Shown: positions 16,897-27,069 of the stretch, piece after piece
Layout: every line of letters begins with the position of its first letter
Position numbering within the stretch: position 1 is the first letter of the stretch
NCBI GenBank assembly: GCA_017548335.1
Contig: JAFZAF010000136.1
Coordinates: 1 to 51,955 of the forward strand
DNA from: Bacteroidales bacterium
GTDB lineage: Bacteria; Bacteroidota; Bacteroidia; Bacteroidales; UBA932
Direction: 5' to 3'
Length of the DNA stretch: 51,955 nt
Notes under the pieces: generated by a model
Told to the model about the DNA's origin: nothing
The model's input: the letters and a program-made list of their open reading frames with translations, nothing else
Databases searched by the model: none
Program-made: the position numbers and the translations under genes

Positions 16897-17673
16897 TTAG
16901 AGGCGTTTTGCCAATATGAAAAGGGTGGTGATAGCTGTGGTCGCGGTAAACAGAGGCGTCAAAGCGGACATGATGGCTGTCATATTACTGGAGGAACGGA
17001 GGCCGCGAGGCTTCACATAGACGATGTCGTTCTGCCGGAGATAGAATACGGGCGAATCGAAAAGGCTCTTGGACTGCAGGTTGATGGAGTAGGCCATACG
17101 TACTCCTTCTTCCGTCCGGATGACCATTACGTCGGGAATCTTGGAATGTTCGTCAGTGCCTTGGGAACGGGCGAGGACCTGAAGGATATTGATGCTGCTG
17201 CCTTCGACAGGCATCACGCTCTGGCCTGTTTCTCCCAAAACCGTAATGGTGAAGTTCTCCATCTCCACGTTCACGATAGGTTCCCGGATATAGCCCAGGC
17301 GGACTATTTCGGATGCCACCCAGTCTTCCACCTCCTTCAGGGTCTTGCCCAGGATGTGCATCGTGCCCAATACCGGGAACTGGATGTCACCGTTTTTGTC
17401 CACCGTATAGATGGTGGCCGTGGTCAGCGCCTGTCCGGATTCTCCCACAAGGCCGTTACCTACGTTGAAAGGCGCCGCCAGTTCCGCATCGGTACTGTAA
17501 ACCTGGATGCTGATCCTGTCATCCACCTGCAGGCGCAGTTCAGGAGCCGGTTTGGCAAGGTAGGGTGTGTCATATTCCAAATCTCGCAGATAAGCGAGTT
17601 TGGCGGGAGTGGTGCAGGATGCCGCCAGCACGACGAATGCCGTCAGCATCAACCATTTAACATTTCCTTTCAT
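16897..17673 (-). CDS. wza: polysaccharide export outer-membrane protein (Wza-like)
   Basis: 258-aa ORF with a lipoprotein signal (LAASC). Poly_export-like region (LRLQVDDRISIQVY...FNV...YTVDKNGDIQFPVLG) and an SLBB-like segment. Sits next to wzc. Confidence 0.85.
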   Translation of the reverse strand: MKGNVKWLMLTAFVVLAASCTTPAKLAYLRDLEYDTPYLAKPAPELRLQVDDRISIQVYSTDAELAAPFNVGNGLVGESGQALTTATIYTVDKNGDIQFPVLGTMHILGKTLKEVEDWVASEIVRLGYIREPIVNVEMENFTITVLGETGQSVMPVEGSSINILQVLARSQGTDEHSKIPDVMVIRTEEGVRMAYSINLQSKSLFDSPVFYLRQNDIVYVKPRGLRSSSNMTAIMSALTPLFTATTAITTLFILAKRL

Positions 17674-18811
17674 AAATATCTGTCATTTTATCTATCATAC
17701 CTTGTGCGGTAAACATCCGCTCAAACCTCATCCTGGCTCCTTCAGCGTAGCTCTGCCAGGCCTCCCGGTCGTCGCAGATACGGCGGATGGCATCGGCCAG
17801 TGCTTCCGGATCGCCCGGCTCCACGTTCAGGCCCGACACGCCGTCCTCGTTCACCCAGGACACGCCCGAGGCGGGAATCCGCGTGGCCACCACCGGCTTT
17901 CCGCAAGACATCGCCTCGATCTGTACGATACCGAACGCCTCCGTCTTCATCACGGAACTCAGTACGAAAACGTCGCAGGCTCCGTACAACGCCGGCAACT
18001 CGTCATCGGGCACATATCCCAGCAACTTCACCCGCCCGTGCAGGTCGAGGGAGTCGATCTGCGCCTGCAGGCTTTCCCGCAGCGGCCCCATCCCGCCGAT
18101 AAGCACCTGATAGTCCTCTCCCAGCAAGGCGGAGGCCTCAATCAGGGTATCGTATCCCTTGTAAGGGATAAGGCGCCCCAAAGATACAACAATTTTTTTG
18201 CCCGGATAGCGGTTTTTTACCGCTAAGGCCGTATTTTCTTCAAATTGCAGAGGTTGGATGCCGATGGGGACATAGGTAACCTTGTCCTGCACTCTCTGCA
18301 GGGCAGGGGATTCGCGGACATAGACGGGTGTCGTTCCGACAATCAGTCCGGCCCGGCGGATCAGCCAGGATTGAAGCGGACGATATAGCGCGAGCAGAGT
18401 TTTCTGCGACAGGATATCACTGTGCCAATGCAGGATGACCGGTCCGCGGAAACCGCTCAGCCGCAGGGCGATCGCAGCCATCGGGTCGGGATGGTGGATG
18501 TGAATCAGGTCGTATTCCGCAGCGTGCCGGCGCAGCCAGCGCACCATCGCCGGGGAGATCATCGTGGCAGCTTTCTTGGCGATGGCCGGCACGCAGATGA
18601 CGCGTCCGCAGTCGTTGAACCGGATGATCTTCCCTTCCGGTGTAAGGGTGCAGCGGGGCTGGTCCGGCACGTCTACGGGGTCGGTCTTCAGCGTAGCGCA
18701 GAGCATATCGCACGGGATGCCGCGCTCCGACAGGCCGCGGGTCAGATCCCACATCACCTTCTCCACGCCGCCGCGGATGGGGTAGAATTTACCGAGTTGC
18801 AAGATCTTCAT
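17657..18811 (-). CDS. glycosyltransferase family 4
   Basis: Start trimmed to the ATG at 18811 (MKILQLGKFYPIRGGVEKV). Has a GT4 C-terminal domain with an E-x7-E motif (EAFGIVQIEAMSCGKPVV). Confidence 0.85.
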   Translation of the reverse strand: MKILQLGKFYPIRGGVEKVMWDLTRGLSERGIPCDMLCATLKTDPVDVPDQPRCTLTPEGKIIRFNDCGRVICVPAIAKKAATMISPAMVRWLRRHAAEYDLIHIHHPDPMAAIALRLSGFRGPVILHWHSDILSQKTLLALYRPLQSWLIRRAGLIVGTTPVYVRESPALQRVQDKVTYVPIGIQPLQFEENTALAVKNRYPGKKIVVSLGRLIPYKGYDTLIEASALLGEDYQVLIGGMGPLRESLQAQIDSLDLHGRVKLLGYVPDDELPALYGACDVFVLSSVMKTEAFGIVQIEAMSCGKPVVATRIPASGVSWVNEDGVSGLNVEPGDPEALADAIRRICDDREAWQSYAEGARMRFERMFTAQGMIDKMTDIYERKC

Positions 18812-20018
18812 AAAGCCGGATGTAGTCTTGGAACCGCTCCGTACGGGAGAAATGCCGCAGGGCATATTCCCGGCAGGGACCGGTATAGTTTTCCTTGCCT
18901 TGTTTCAGGATGTGCCGGATGCAGGCGGAGAGGCTCACCACGTCGCCCTGCTGCACGATAAAGCCGGTCTCCGGGGTGATGGATTCGACGCTGCCGCCTG
19001 TACGGTATGTGACCACTGGCGTGCCGCAGGCGATGGCCTCCAGGTTCACGGTGGGGTAATTGTCCTGCCAGGTGGGGTTCACCAGCGCCAGGGCTTCCGA
19101 GTACAGTTCCGCAAGCGCCGACGCGTCGGCGGTGCGGTCGATGACGGTTACCTGCGGAGGAAGGGCGGTCCGCTGCTCCGCACCCATCCGGCCCACAACC
19201 GCCAGACGGATGTCCGGGCTCAGCAGTTCCGTCAGCCGGGCCAGGTCCGGGAGTCCCTTCTCGGGGAGCCAGATGCTGGCCACGGCCAGCACGAAAGGGC
19301 CTTCGGGAATCCCGTAACGGCTGCGGATATCCGATCCCGGCCGGGGTCGGAAAACGCCCAGGTCGATGCCGTTATGGATGACGCGGCAGGGTTTGTCCTT
19401 CAGGTAAGACTTCCCGACCTCTTGCCGCATCCAGTCGGACACGGTCACGAGCGTCAGGTTATCCATACCTCCGACAGCCGCCTTTTTGGCGGCATAGTTC
19501 CGACGGGAACGGTCCAGCAGCCAGCTCTTGGGGAAGGCCTTCTTCTGCGGGCAGTGATGGCAGCCCGTCTGCCAGCGGTCGCACCCGGCTGCGGCGTAAT
19601 GGTAGCAGTGTCCGGTAAACAGCCAGCAGTCGTGCACGGTCCAGACCACGGGTTTCCCGCGTTCTGCGAGGAAGCGGCAGAGCAGGGGATAGTTGAGGAA
19701 GTAGCCGTGGACGTTGTGGATGTGCACGATGTCCGGGTCGACTTTCCGGATGCGGCGGATAAGCCGTCGCGTGGCGCAACGGGAAGCCAGCCCGTGCGCG
19801 TCGAAGAGCCGCGTGGCCAGCCAGTGCAGCAGCAGATCCAGGCGGGTTCCCACCGGAATCAGTTTCGAGGAATGTGCCGGAACCCCGTCGCGGGCCCGGC
19901 TGTAAGCGATATGGCTCTCCCAGCCTGCCGCTTGCGCCAGTTCGCCGAGTTCGCGCATAATCTTGCCTGTGGAGGTGTTCTCCCGGATCACGGGGTTGAT
20001 TTGCAGCAGTTTCTTCAT
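18789..20018 (-). CDS. glycosyltransferase family 4-like
   Basis: Start trimmed to the ATG at 20018 (MKKLLQINPV...), immediately after the upstream stop. GT-B C-terminal region (NYPTVNLEAIACGTPVVTYRTGG). Confidence 0.8.
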   Translation of the reverse strand: MKKLLQINPVIRENTSTGKIMRELGELAQAAGWESHIAYSRARDGVPAHSSKLIPVGTRLDLLLHWLATRLFDAHGLASRCATRRLIRRIRKVDPDIVHIHNVHGYFLNYPLLCRFLAERGKPVVWTVHDCWLFTGHCYHYAAAGCDRWQTGCHHCPQKKAFPKSWLLDRSRRNYAAKKAAVGGMDNLTLVTVSDWMRQEVGKSYLKDKPCRVIHNGIDLGVFRPRPGSDIRSRYGIPEGPFVLAVASIWLPEKGLPDLARLTELLSPDIRLAVVGRMGAEQRTALPPQVTVIDRTADASALAELYSEALALVNPTWQDNYPTVNLEAIACGTPVVTYRTGGSVESITPETGFIVQQGDVVSLSACIRHILKQGKENYTGPCREYALRHFSRTERFQDYIRLYEDLATR

Positions 20019-20019
20019 C

Positions 20020-20895
20020 TTATTTCCCTCCCACGATAAAACTGGTGAATCCCGGCAGCAACCTTCGCATTCCAAAAAAGAGAGCTGTCAGCAGCCCCAA
20101 CACAATCACGATACTGGCCATCCAGACGCTGACGAGCGCCAGTGTCCCTTCGGGATGCAGCAGCAAGGCCAGGCCCTTCTTGACCCCGATGACAAGCAGA
20201 TAGTGATACAGATAGATGAAGTAGGTCCAGGCGCGGGAACGGCTGTCGAGGGGGCCGGGTGCAAGCAGCCAGCGTTCGGCCGGCGCAATCTTCCGCACGC
20301 CCAGGCAGGCTCCGGCGGAGAAGAAGAATACCGGCTCCGGGCCGAGCTTGAAGGCCCACAGCACGCCGAGGGCCAGCACGCCCCACCAGCCGAGGTAGCG
20401 CACCAACAGATACACCAGCGGGGAGATGGCCACTAGCACGATGAGCTCGCGGATGAACCAGAGCGACATATTCACAGGCCCTTTCCAGAACACGAACAGC
20501 GGATCCTTCCAGTTGTCGCCAAAGAATCCGGACACCATCGAAGGCACTTCCTTGATGGCGAAATAATAGCATCCCCAGGCGATGGCGTTGGCGATCAGGT
20601 AGGGAATCACCAGTGTAAAGAAACGGGATTTGTACTTCCCCCAGAACCATTTTACATCTGGATTGTCCGGCGTATTCCGGAAAAACAGGTAACCAGAGAG
20701 TGCAAAAAACAACGGAACGCAGATTTCCGTGATGCAGATGACGATGCGGGTAAAGGTGTCGAACGCCGGAGTGCCGGCAGCAAGGTTCTCCGTGGTGGCG
20801 TGCCGGCACACGATACCGACCGTCAGCAGTACGCGGAGCAGGTCCAGGCGGTTGCCGGGTTTCACCTGAGCAGGCTGTCGAAACATTTCTGCCAT
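20020..20895 (-). CDS. acyltransferase family 3 (polysaccharide O-acyltransferase), membrane
   Basis: 291-aa multi-TM ORF. N-terminal signature NRLDLLRVLLTVGIVCRHA is typical of Acyl_transf_3. Confidence 0.75.
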   Translation of the reverse strand: MAEMFRQPAQVKPGNRLDLLRVLLTVGIVCRHATTENLAAGTPAFDTFTRIVICITEICVPLFFALSGYLFFRNTPDNPDVKWFWGKYKSRFFTLVIPYLIANAIAWGCYYFAIKEVPSMVSGFFGDNWKDPLFVFWKGPVNMSLWFIRELIVLVAISPLVYLLVRYLGWWGVLALGVLWAFKLGPEPVFFFSAGACLGVRKIAPAERWLLAPGPLDSRSRAWTYFIYLYHYLLVIGVKKGLALLLHPEGTLALVSVWMASIVIVLGLLTALFFGMRRLLPGFTSFIVGGK

Positions 20896-21995
20896 TGTTC
20901 CATCACGTTCCGTTCGGAATAGGTCTGCGTGACCTTCCGGGCAGCAGTGCTCATTCTCCTGCGCAGTGCATCGTCACACATCAGACCCTCCATTGCTTTC
21001 GAAAGCGCAGGTACATCCCCTTCCAGGACAATGCGGCCGTTCTCCCCGTCGCGGAGGATGTCGCGGGGGCCGCATTTGAAGTCGAAGCACACCCCCGGCA
21101 GGCCGCAGGCCATCGCCTCGATGAGCACCATCGGGAATCCTTCGTAGTGGGAGCTCATCACGAGAAAGGCGCTGGAAGCATATTCCCGGAAAATGTCCGG
21201 TGTGGGCGGATGGATTTCCACGCTTGCCGCGATGCCCAGACATCCAATCCGCTTCTTCAACATCGATTCCCATTCGCCCTGTCCGAAAACGTCCAGGTGC
21301 CAGGTCTTGCGCAGATCCTTCGGCAATAACGCCCAGGCGTCCAGCAGACGGTCGAATCCCTTCTGGTAGTCCAACCGCCCCACGGCGATTACGCGCCGGC
21401 TGTCTGTGTCATGGATGACATCCGGAATCTGCAGTGCCGCATTGGGAATGACCTCCAGGTTGGGAAGCGCCCCCCAGTAGCCGGCATCCTCCCGGGTCAG
21501 CACCACGAAACGGTCGAAGCGCCGCACGATCCGCCCGTCCTGCCGGGTGCGGAAACGGTCGGCCAGGCCCAGCAGGCCCTTCCGGCCGTATTGCAGGCGG
21601 AAAAACTTGTTGTAGTGCAGTTCAAGCACCTTCTTGCTGCCGTCACGGATGGCGGGGATAAAGGAAGACTCCGAAGGGTAGAGCGACACCACAATATCGG
21701 CCCGCTCCCGCATCAGCAGTTCGGTTAAACGCTTGCGGTGCAGGGGCCGCTTGCGCAAATAGGACAGGATCTTCCTGACAGCGCCGCGTCCGTTATCGAG
21801 CGAATAATCGATGCCCAGATCCACCATCCGCACCTGCGGCGGGAATTCGTAGAACGGCGGCAGCCCCTGCTGGTCCGTGGTCACGACCATCAGCTCATAC
21901 CCTCCCTGCGCGGCAAACCAGTGGACCTTGTTCAGCAGGACCCGTTCCATTCCGCCGGGGTGATGGACGGAAGCGATGCAATAGATGAGTTTCAT
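20862..21995 (-). CDS. glycosyltransferase family 4
   Basis: 377-aa ORF with VGRLDYQKGFDRLL and EGFPMVLIEAMACGLPGV (E-x7-E) motifs. Confidence 0.85.
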   Translation of the reverse strand: MKLIYCIASVHHPGGMERVLLNKVHWFAAQGGYELMVVTTDQQGLPPFYEFPPQVRMVDLGIDYSLDNGRGAVRKILSYLRKRPLHRKRLTELLMRERADIVVSLYPSESSFIPAIRDGSKKVLELHYNKFFRLQYGRKGLLGLADRFRTRQDGRIVRRFDRFVVLTREDAGYWGALPNLEVIPNAALQIPDVIHDTDSRRVIAVGRLDYQKGFDRLLDAWALLPKDLRKTWHLDVFGQGEWESMLKKRIGCLGIAASVEIHPPTPDIFREYASSAFLVMSSHYEGFPMVLIEAMACGLPGVCFDFKCGPRDILRDGENGRIVLEGDVPALSKAMEGLMCDDALRRRMSTAARKVTQTYSERNVMEQWQKCFDSLLR

Positions 21996-23230
21996 TCGTT
22001 CCGCTTGTCTCCGTCGATGCAGAAGAGCAGGGCGTCGATGAAGAAGATATCGGTGGTGACTTTGGCCCAGATGATGAAGGTCAAGGCGATCAGGAGCAGG
22101 GAAGTAATAAAGAAATTCTGGTATTTCCCATTGAGCGACAAATGGTTGTAGATGAAATAGCCCGAGTAGATCACCAACCCGATCAAGCCGCAGTACAATA
22201 CGAAGTTACAGTAGCCGATGTCGGTACCCCATTCGAACACCCCGATCCGTCCACTGCCGATTATCCACGTCCTTGGATCGTTGGGCCAGATCCACATCAG
22301 CTGCATCAAGGTATCTGTGGATCCTGTATGGAACTCGCCCGTTTCAGCCCAGGTGAAAAATCCTTCGAAACCGAAACGCAGATAACTCCGGAAGACGCTG
22401 CTGGCCCGATAGACCCCGACAGTGACCGTTATCGCGGTGATGATGAGCAGGAAGAAGACGAGGAACAGCCGGAACTGGTCTTTGGAGATAAAACCGCCCT
22501 TCCTTAACCTGAAGACGGAAATGACGATAAATCCCAGCCCCAGGGCGGAACCTACCATAGTCGTCCGGGAAATCATAGACCCGATCACCGTGATAGTGAT
22601 GAAGGCCAGAAGGAATTGCAAAAGGGATTTGGTGCTGTTCCGGACATCCTTATTCGTGGCAATCTGATGGGCGATCATCACCTGGACGACGGAGAATCGG
22701 CATCCGGCGGGATCCAGGGCGCATCCGATTCCGTACAGCCGAAGGTACCGTGAAAAATACTCGCCTCCGACAAAGATGGAGTCCACGAACCGTTTGACCC
22801 CCGAAATGTTGTCAATCAACAATGCGATGACGCATTGGCACACGCACACGATGGCCATAAACCGTGTCAGCGTGCACAGATCCACTTTCCCGCTGTGCTG
22901 CCTGAGAAGGAAATAGACGGCATAGGCTCCGAGCATCCAAGTGGCGAAAGAACGCCAATATGTGACATAGGTATTATCAGTCGTTCCATTTGCCGTCGTG
23001 GAGAACAGGCACCAGGCCGAGAAAACGATGGCGATGAATCCGGAGATCAGCGTTGTGTGGGAAAGCCTTACCGTCCGGTCTTTCAGTAAATCATAGATGA
23101 AGAACAAGATTCCCGTCCCGGCGAGGATCATCTTGGAATTCAGGGAATCCGGAAGGAAGGTAAAACCGACGGGAAAGATGAAGAAACTGACGAGAATGGT
23201 CAGAAGAGTCACTGAAACGATCCTTCTCAT
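21992..23230 (-). CDS. wzy: O-antigen/capsule repeat-unit polymerase (Wzy-like)
   Basis: 412-aa ORF with about 10 or more hydrophobic segments. Visibly more AT-rich than its neighbours. Its position among GT genes, with Wzx and Wzc in the same locus, fits Wzy. There is no strong motif evidence. Confidence 0.6.
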   Translation of the reverse strand: MRRIVSVTLLTILVSFFIFPVGFTFLPDSLNSKMILAGTGILFFIYDLLKDRTVRLSHTTLISGFIAIVFSAWCLFSTTANGTTDNTYVTYWRSFATWMLGAYAVYFLLRQHSGKVDLCTLTRFMAIVCVCQCVIALLIDNISGVKRFVDSIFVGGEYFSRYLRLYGIGCALDPAGCRFSVVQVMIAHQIATNKDVRNSTKSLLQFLLAFITITVIGSMISRTTMVGSALGLGFIVISVFRLRKGGFISKDQFRLFLVFFLLIITAITVTVGVYRASSVFRSYLRFGFEGFFTWAETGEFHTGSTDTLMQLMWIWPNDPRTWIIGSGRIGVFEWGTDIGYCNFVLYCGLIGLVIYSGYFIYNHLSLNGKYQNFFITSLLLIALTFIIWAKVTTDIFFIDALLFCIDGDKRNE

Positions 23231-23233
23231 AGT

Positions 23234-24214
23234 TTATCGGTAGATGAAGCCATATACGAACTTGTATATCAGCAGGTAATACAATCTCACCCCGGTCCAG
23301 CAACGCCGGGACGCCATCTTCTGCAGCAGGCGGGTGCGCAGCGGCAGGGCTTTGTTCCCCATTGCGGAACCGTTTGCTTCGGGGAACCAGGAATACCAGG
23401 TTTCGTAATCATTCCGGTCGGCGCTGATCAGCAGCGGGCGTTTGAGGAAAAGTTTCAGATAATCGATGTACTGCGCCATCTCGTCTGCATAGGGGCCCGC
23501 CAGCAGGAACCGTTCCGCTTCTGCAAGGTTGGTGGAGATTTCCGCACGCCGCTCCTCGCTGAACTGCCGGCTGATCGAAGTAGGGCTGCCGGCATTGTAG
23601 CGGTACAGGGCTTCGTGCTGCTGGACGACCTTCCGGGAACAGGCGAAGGCCTTGAGCATCACCATCATATCCTCGCCCATATTGGCCCCGTCGATGAAAC
23701 GGATGCCGTTCTCGAGCAGGAGTTCCCTGCGTATCAGATACAGCCAGAGATTCCAGCGCATCGTGCCACCGGTAAGGTTTTTCAGCGCCTGCAGGGGCGT
23801 ATCATAATCGGCCTGGCGCATATAGCGGCCGTTCTTTTCGAAGCCCAGCGTCCAGTCCCAGCCCAGGATATCGACGGGTGTTTCCGATGCGTCGAGTGCC
23901 TGGACGGCATCAGATAGCGCCTGCGGCTCGATCCGGTCGTCGGCGTCCACGAAGGCGAGGTATTCGCCGCAGGCCGCCGCGACCCCCCGGTTACGCGCTG
24001 CGGCCACGCCCTGGTTCTGCAGCTGCGAGACGATATGGCAAGGAAAATCCGCGGAGGTGGCGAACCGCTCCAGCATCTCCACGCTGTCATCGGTGCTGCC
24101 GTCTTCTACGAAAATGAGTTCGAAATCGCGGAAGGTCTGCCTACGGATGCTTTCAAGGCTCTCGGCGAGGGTCTTGGCGGCATTGTAGACGGGCATAATG
24201 ATGCTGAATCTCAT
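23234..24214 (-). CDS. glycosyltransferase family 2
   Basis: Start trimmed to the ATG at 24214 (MRFSIIMPVYNAAKTL), which overlaps the upstream stop as ATGA. Carries the GT2 signature IFVEDGSTDDS...FVDADD. Confidence 0.88.
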   Translation of the reverse strand: MRFSIIMPVYNAAKTLAESLESIRRQTFRDFELIFVEDGSTDDSVEMLERFATSADFPCHIVSQLQNQGVAAARNRGVAAACGEYLAFVDADDRIEPQALSDAVQALDASETPVDILGWDWTLGFEKNGRYMRQADYDTPLQALKNLTGGTMRWNLWLYLIRRELLLENGIRFIDGANMGEDMMVMLKAFACSRKVVQQHEALYRYNAGSPTSISRQFSEERRAEISTNLAEAERFLLAGPYADEMAQYIDYLKLFLKRPLLISADRNDYETWYSWFPEANGSAMGNKALPLRTRLLQKMASRRCWTGVRLYYLLIYKFVYGFIYR

Positions 24215-25083
24215 CGGGCTGCAAGTTCGCAAATTTTTCGCAGAAATCCCGGGTCGCGGCCGTTGAATTTACGGGCGAACAGAGCGGGGGAGGCTCTCAG
24301 GAAGTCAAAGTCTTCTTCCGACCAGTCCTGCAGGACCATTTCGCCGCCGGCGGGGTTCTCCTGCCAGCCGATGGCGCGCATACATCCGGCCGTGTCCGAT
24401 TCGAGGCTGTGGATGCGTTGCCTGTAGGGAGACATCCAACAGAGCGTCTGCATTACCAGTTCGTCGCAGCAGAAGGTGTTCCGGAAAGTCTTGCGGATCC
24501 AGTCCTTATGATCCAGAAAGTATCGGGCCATCCCATCGGTGATGCTGACCCATTGCGAGCCTTTCTTGAAATCGACGTTCCGGTTGCGCTTGACGCCCAG
24601 CAGTTCCTGCAGGCGCAGGAAACCGGCCCGAAGCGCCTTCTTGACGAAGCTCCGGCTCTTGAAGTCTTCCGGGAAAAGGTGCCAGCATTTCACTTTCCGG
24701 GCGAAGTCCGGTGGCATCTGCGTCCAGGTGTAGCCGATGAACTCATCTCCGTCGTAGCGGTCGAAGTAGTCGTGGATATAGTCCTGGCCTTTGATGGGCA
24801 GGTCCACCCCGGAGAGCAGATGATAATACTGATAGGGACTCCGGGAGCAGGCGGCCTCGAACAGGGCGAATTCCGCCTCCACCATACTGGGCGCCCCCCA
24901 GCGCACGTCCACGCGCTCTTGGAGAATGGTCAGTCCGGCCTGCTTCGTGCGAATGTCCGGAAGCGACTGCACTTTCTTGTCGAAGTGGATGAAAATATCG
25001 TTCCTGCTGTCGTCCAGACAGGAAACCAACAGTTTCAGCACATTGAATTCGTTATGTGCGAGGATGAGGAAAGCGTGCTTCAT
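24211..25083 (-). CDS. glycosyltransferase family 14-like (core-2/I-branching type)
   Basis: Start trimmed to the ATG at 25083 (MKHAFLILAHNEFNVLKLLVSCLDD..DIFIHFDKK), with an ATGA overlap. The pattern RVDVRWG...FALFEAA...SQW is typical of Branch/GT14 proteins. Confidence 0.75.
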   Translation of the reverse strand: MKHAFLILAHNEFNVLKLLVSCLDDSRNDIFIHFDKKVQSLPDIRTKQAGLTILQERVDVRWGAPSMVEAEFALFEAACSRSPYQYYHLLSGVDLPIKGQDYIHDYFDRYDGDEFIGYTWTQMPPDFARKVKCWHLFPEDFKSRSFVKKALRAGFLRLQELLGVKRNRNVDFKKGSQWVSITDGMARYFLDHKDWIRKTFRNTFCCDELVMQTLCWMSPYRQRIHSLESDTAGCMRAIGWQENPAGGEMVLQDWSEEDFDFLRASPALFARKFNGRDPGFLRKICELAAR

Positions 25084-25988
25084 CCAACGGCTTGCTTGAA
25101 TTTGCGGAAAGACTCGATGATCCCCCTGAAAACGGGAATCTGGTAAAGGTGCCAGAGGCGCAGCGTATTTGCCGGCGGAGTCCATTCGCGGCGGATCTCT
25201 TCCGGCAGGGTGTCATAGACCCGCCACCAGTCCTCGAAGCGGACGGAGAAGATGTTCCAGGGCTTGCCGCCTGTATAATGAATGGTGCCATCACGCTGCA
25301 CTTCGTCCCACAACTCCTCGGAATACTGCCGGACGAAGTCGGGTTTGTATTTCGGGATGAAGAAGGTCCGGATGCTGTTGAAGACCGGTCTTAGCGGCAG
25401 TACGCGGCCTTGGCAGACCTGGTTGAGGGCGTCCTGGTCCGGGAATTCCAGATACGGCACCCGGCAGGCATTCAGCAGACGCTCCGACACCTTCTCCTTG
25501 CGCATCTGCGCGAGGTTCATCAGCAGGAAGCCGGAATTGAAGTATCGCTGCGGGTCGCAGCCCAGCGCCCGGAAACGTTCCGCCTGCCGTTCGATGGGTG
25601 CCTCGAACACCGCGGCCAGCCAGTTGTCGCCCAATTCGGTCTCGGCATAGAGCCGGCCGACATCCTGCCGGACGATCACATCGCAGTCGATATATACGAC
25701 GCTGTCATACTCGGGCAGGAGCTCAGGCAGCAACAGCCGGAAGGAAGCAGCCTCGGTATAACGCGGGTCGGTGTAGACGCCTTCCAGCCTGCCCTTGAGT
25801 GGCAGATAGCGGAAAGCCAGCCGCCCCGCCCCCATCCGGACCAGCTCGGCCTGCATCCGTTCCGGGATTTCTTCCGTGACCAGGCAGATGACTTCGAACC
25901 CTCCGGACGACGCGTCCAGAAGCGAGCGTAGCATCGTCGCCGCCGGGATGAAGTAATTGGGGGTGAAAGCGATGGTAAGGGGAGTCAT
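25080..25988 (-). CDS. glycosyltransferase family 8
   Basis: Start trimmed to the ATG at 25988 (MTPLTIAFTPNYFIPAATML). GT8 landmarks: DxD in VVYIDCDVIV, and FNSGFLLMNL. Confidence 0.8.
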   Translation of the reverse strand: MTPLTIAFTPNYFIPAATMLRSLLDASSGGFEVICLVTEEIPERMQAELVRMGAGRLAFRYLPLKGRLEGVYTDPRYTEAASFRLLLPELLPEYDSVVYIDCDVIVRQDVGRLYAETELGDNWLAAVFEAPIERQAERFRALGCDPQRYFNSGFLLMNLAQMRKEKVSERLLNACRVPYLEFPDQDALNQVCQGRVLPLRPVFNSIRTFFIPKYKPDFVRQYSEELWDEVQRDGTIHYTGGKPWNIFSVRFEDWWRVYDTLPEEIRREWTPPANTLRLWHLYQIPVFRGIIESFRKFKQAVG

Positions 25989-25998
25989 TGCCCTCTTA

Positions 25999-27069
25999 TT
26001 ATTTTGAACGTCCACCACAAGCAAAAGCGAGAGCGCGTGGAATAAGCCGGTTCAATAAATAGTACAGCCCCAGGCAGACAATCAGGACAATGATGGGAAC
26101 CAGCCAGTAACTGATCCACGTACCGGCCAACGAATTCCCAAATAACCGAAGACAAAGTCCCTTCGTCCAGCCAAGGATATAGATCTCGTGAGCGGCATAA
26201 ATGAAGAACACACTTCCGGACAGAACACATAGCCGTTCGCGACGTTTTTCATTGTCTATGAGCGAATCGCAGATATTCATAAAGGTAACCATTCCCAAGG
26301 GATAGAACAACCTGAGAAGCAGCGTGTGCAGGGGTCTGCCGATTTGGGAAGTGGCAATAAGCAACAGGAGGACCGCCGCAATTGCAGCAGGAATCTTGAC
26401 CTTGCTGCAGATGGAGAGCATATTGATCTTGAAGGTCCCCAACCAGGCTCCGACCAAGACAAAGAAGATAGAACGCATTGTCGGGATGGAAGGATTCCAG
26501 GGAGACAGATATACAAGAATAAGAACAATCAGGGAAACCCATTTGAACTTCTTGAATACCAAATATAAAAGTGGAAGTATGAGCGTCAATAGCATCAAGT
26601 CCCGAAGGAACCATAAAGGATAATCAGCCGGTCCGGTGAAAAACCAATACAAAGGTCCGCCGGAGACCGTGTCCTGGCCAAGGGAGAAAAGGCGGAACAA
26701 TCCATTCTTGATCACAGGGGCGAGGACTGCCAGCAGATTCCATAGGATGTAAGGAATCAGTAAACTCCGGATCCTCTTTTTCCATTTCGCTTTAACCCAA
26801 TCGAAACCGAACTCCTCCTCTTTCAGATAACGCAGGAAAAGATACCCGCTGAATACAAAAAACCAACACGTTCCGATGGAGAACAGGTGTCTTGAAAGCA
26901 TCTCGGAAACGAAATGATACACATTCCATCCATCCAGAGACCATTCGACGGTCGAGGTTGGGAAAGTGCCGGCAGCGTGTGCGAACACCACCAGGACGAT
27001 CAGCGGAAAGCGCATCGCCTTGATCAGGACGGATTGCCTGTCGTCTAAAGGGACCGGGTCTTTTTGCAT
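25999..27069 (-). CDS. acyltransferase family 3-like membrane protein
   Basis: 356-aa multi-TM ORF, AT-rich. N-terminal MRFPLIVLVVFAHA resembles the Acyl_transf_3 signature. Confidence 0.7.
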   Translation of the reverse strand: MQKDPVPLDDRQSVLIKAMRFPLIVLVVFAHAAGTFPTSTVEWSLDGWNVYHFVSEMLSRHLFSIGTCWFFVFSGYLFLRYLKEEEFGFDWVKAKWKKRIRSLLIPYILWNLLAVLAPVIKNGLFRLFSLGQDTVSGGPLYWFFTGPADYPLWFLRDLMLLTLILPLLYLVFKKFKWVSLIVLILVYLSPWNPSIPTMRSIFFVLVGAWLGTFKINMLSICSKVKIPAAIAAVLLLLIATSQIGRPLHTLLLRLFYPLGMVTFMNICDSLIDNEKRRERLCVLSGSVFFIYAAHEIYILGWTKGLCLRLFGNSLAGTWISYWLVPIIVLIVCLGLYYLLNRLIPRALAFACGGRSK

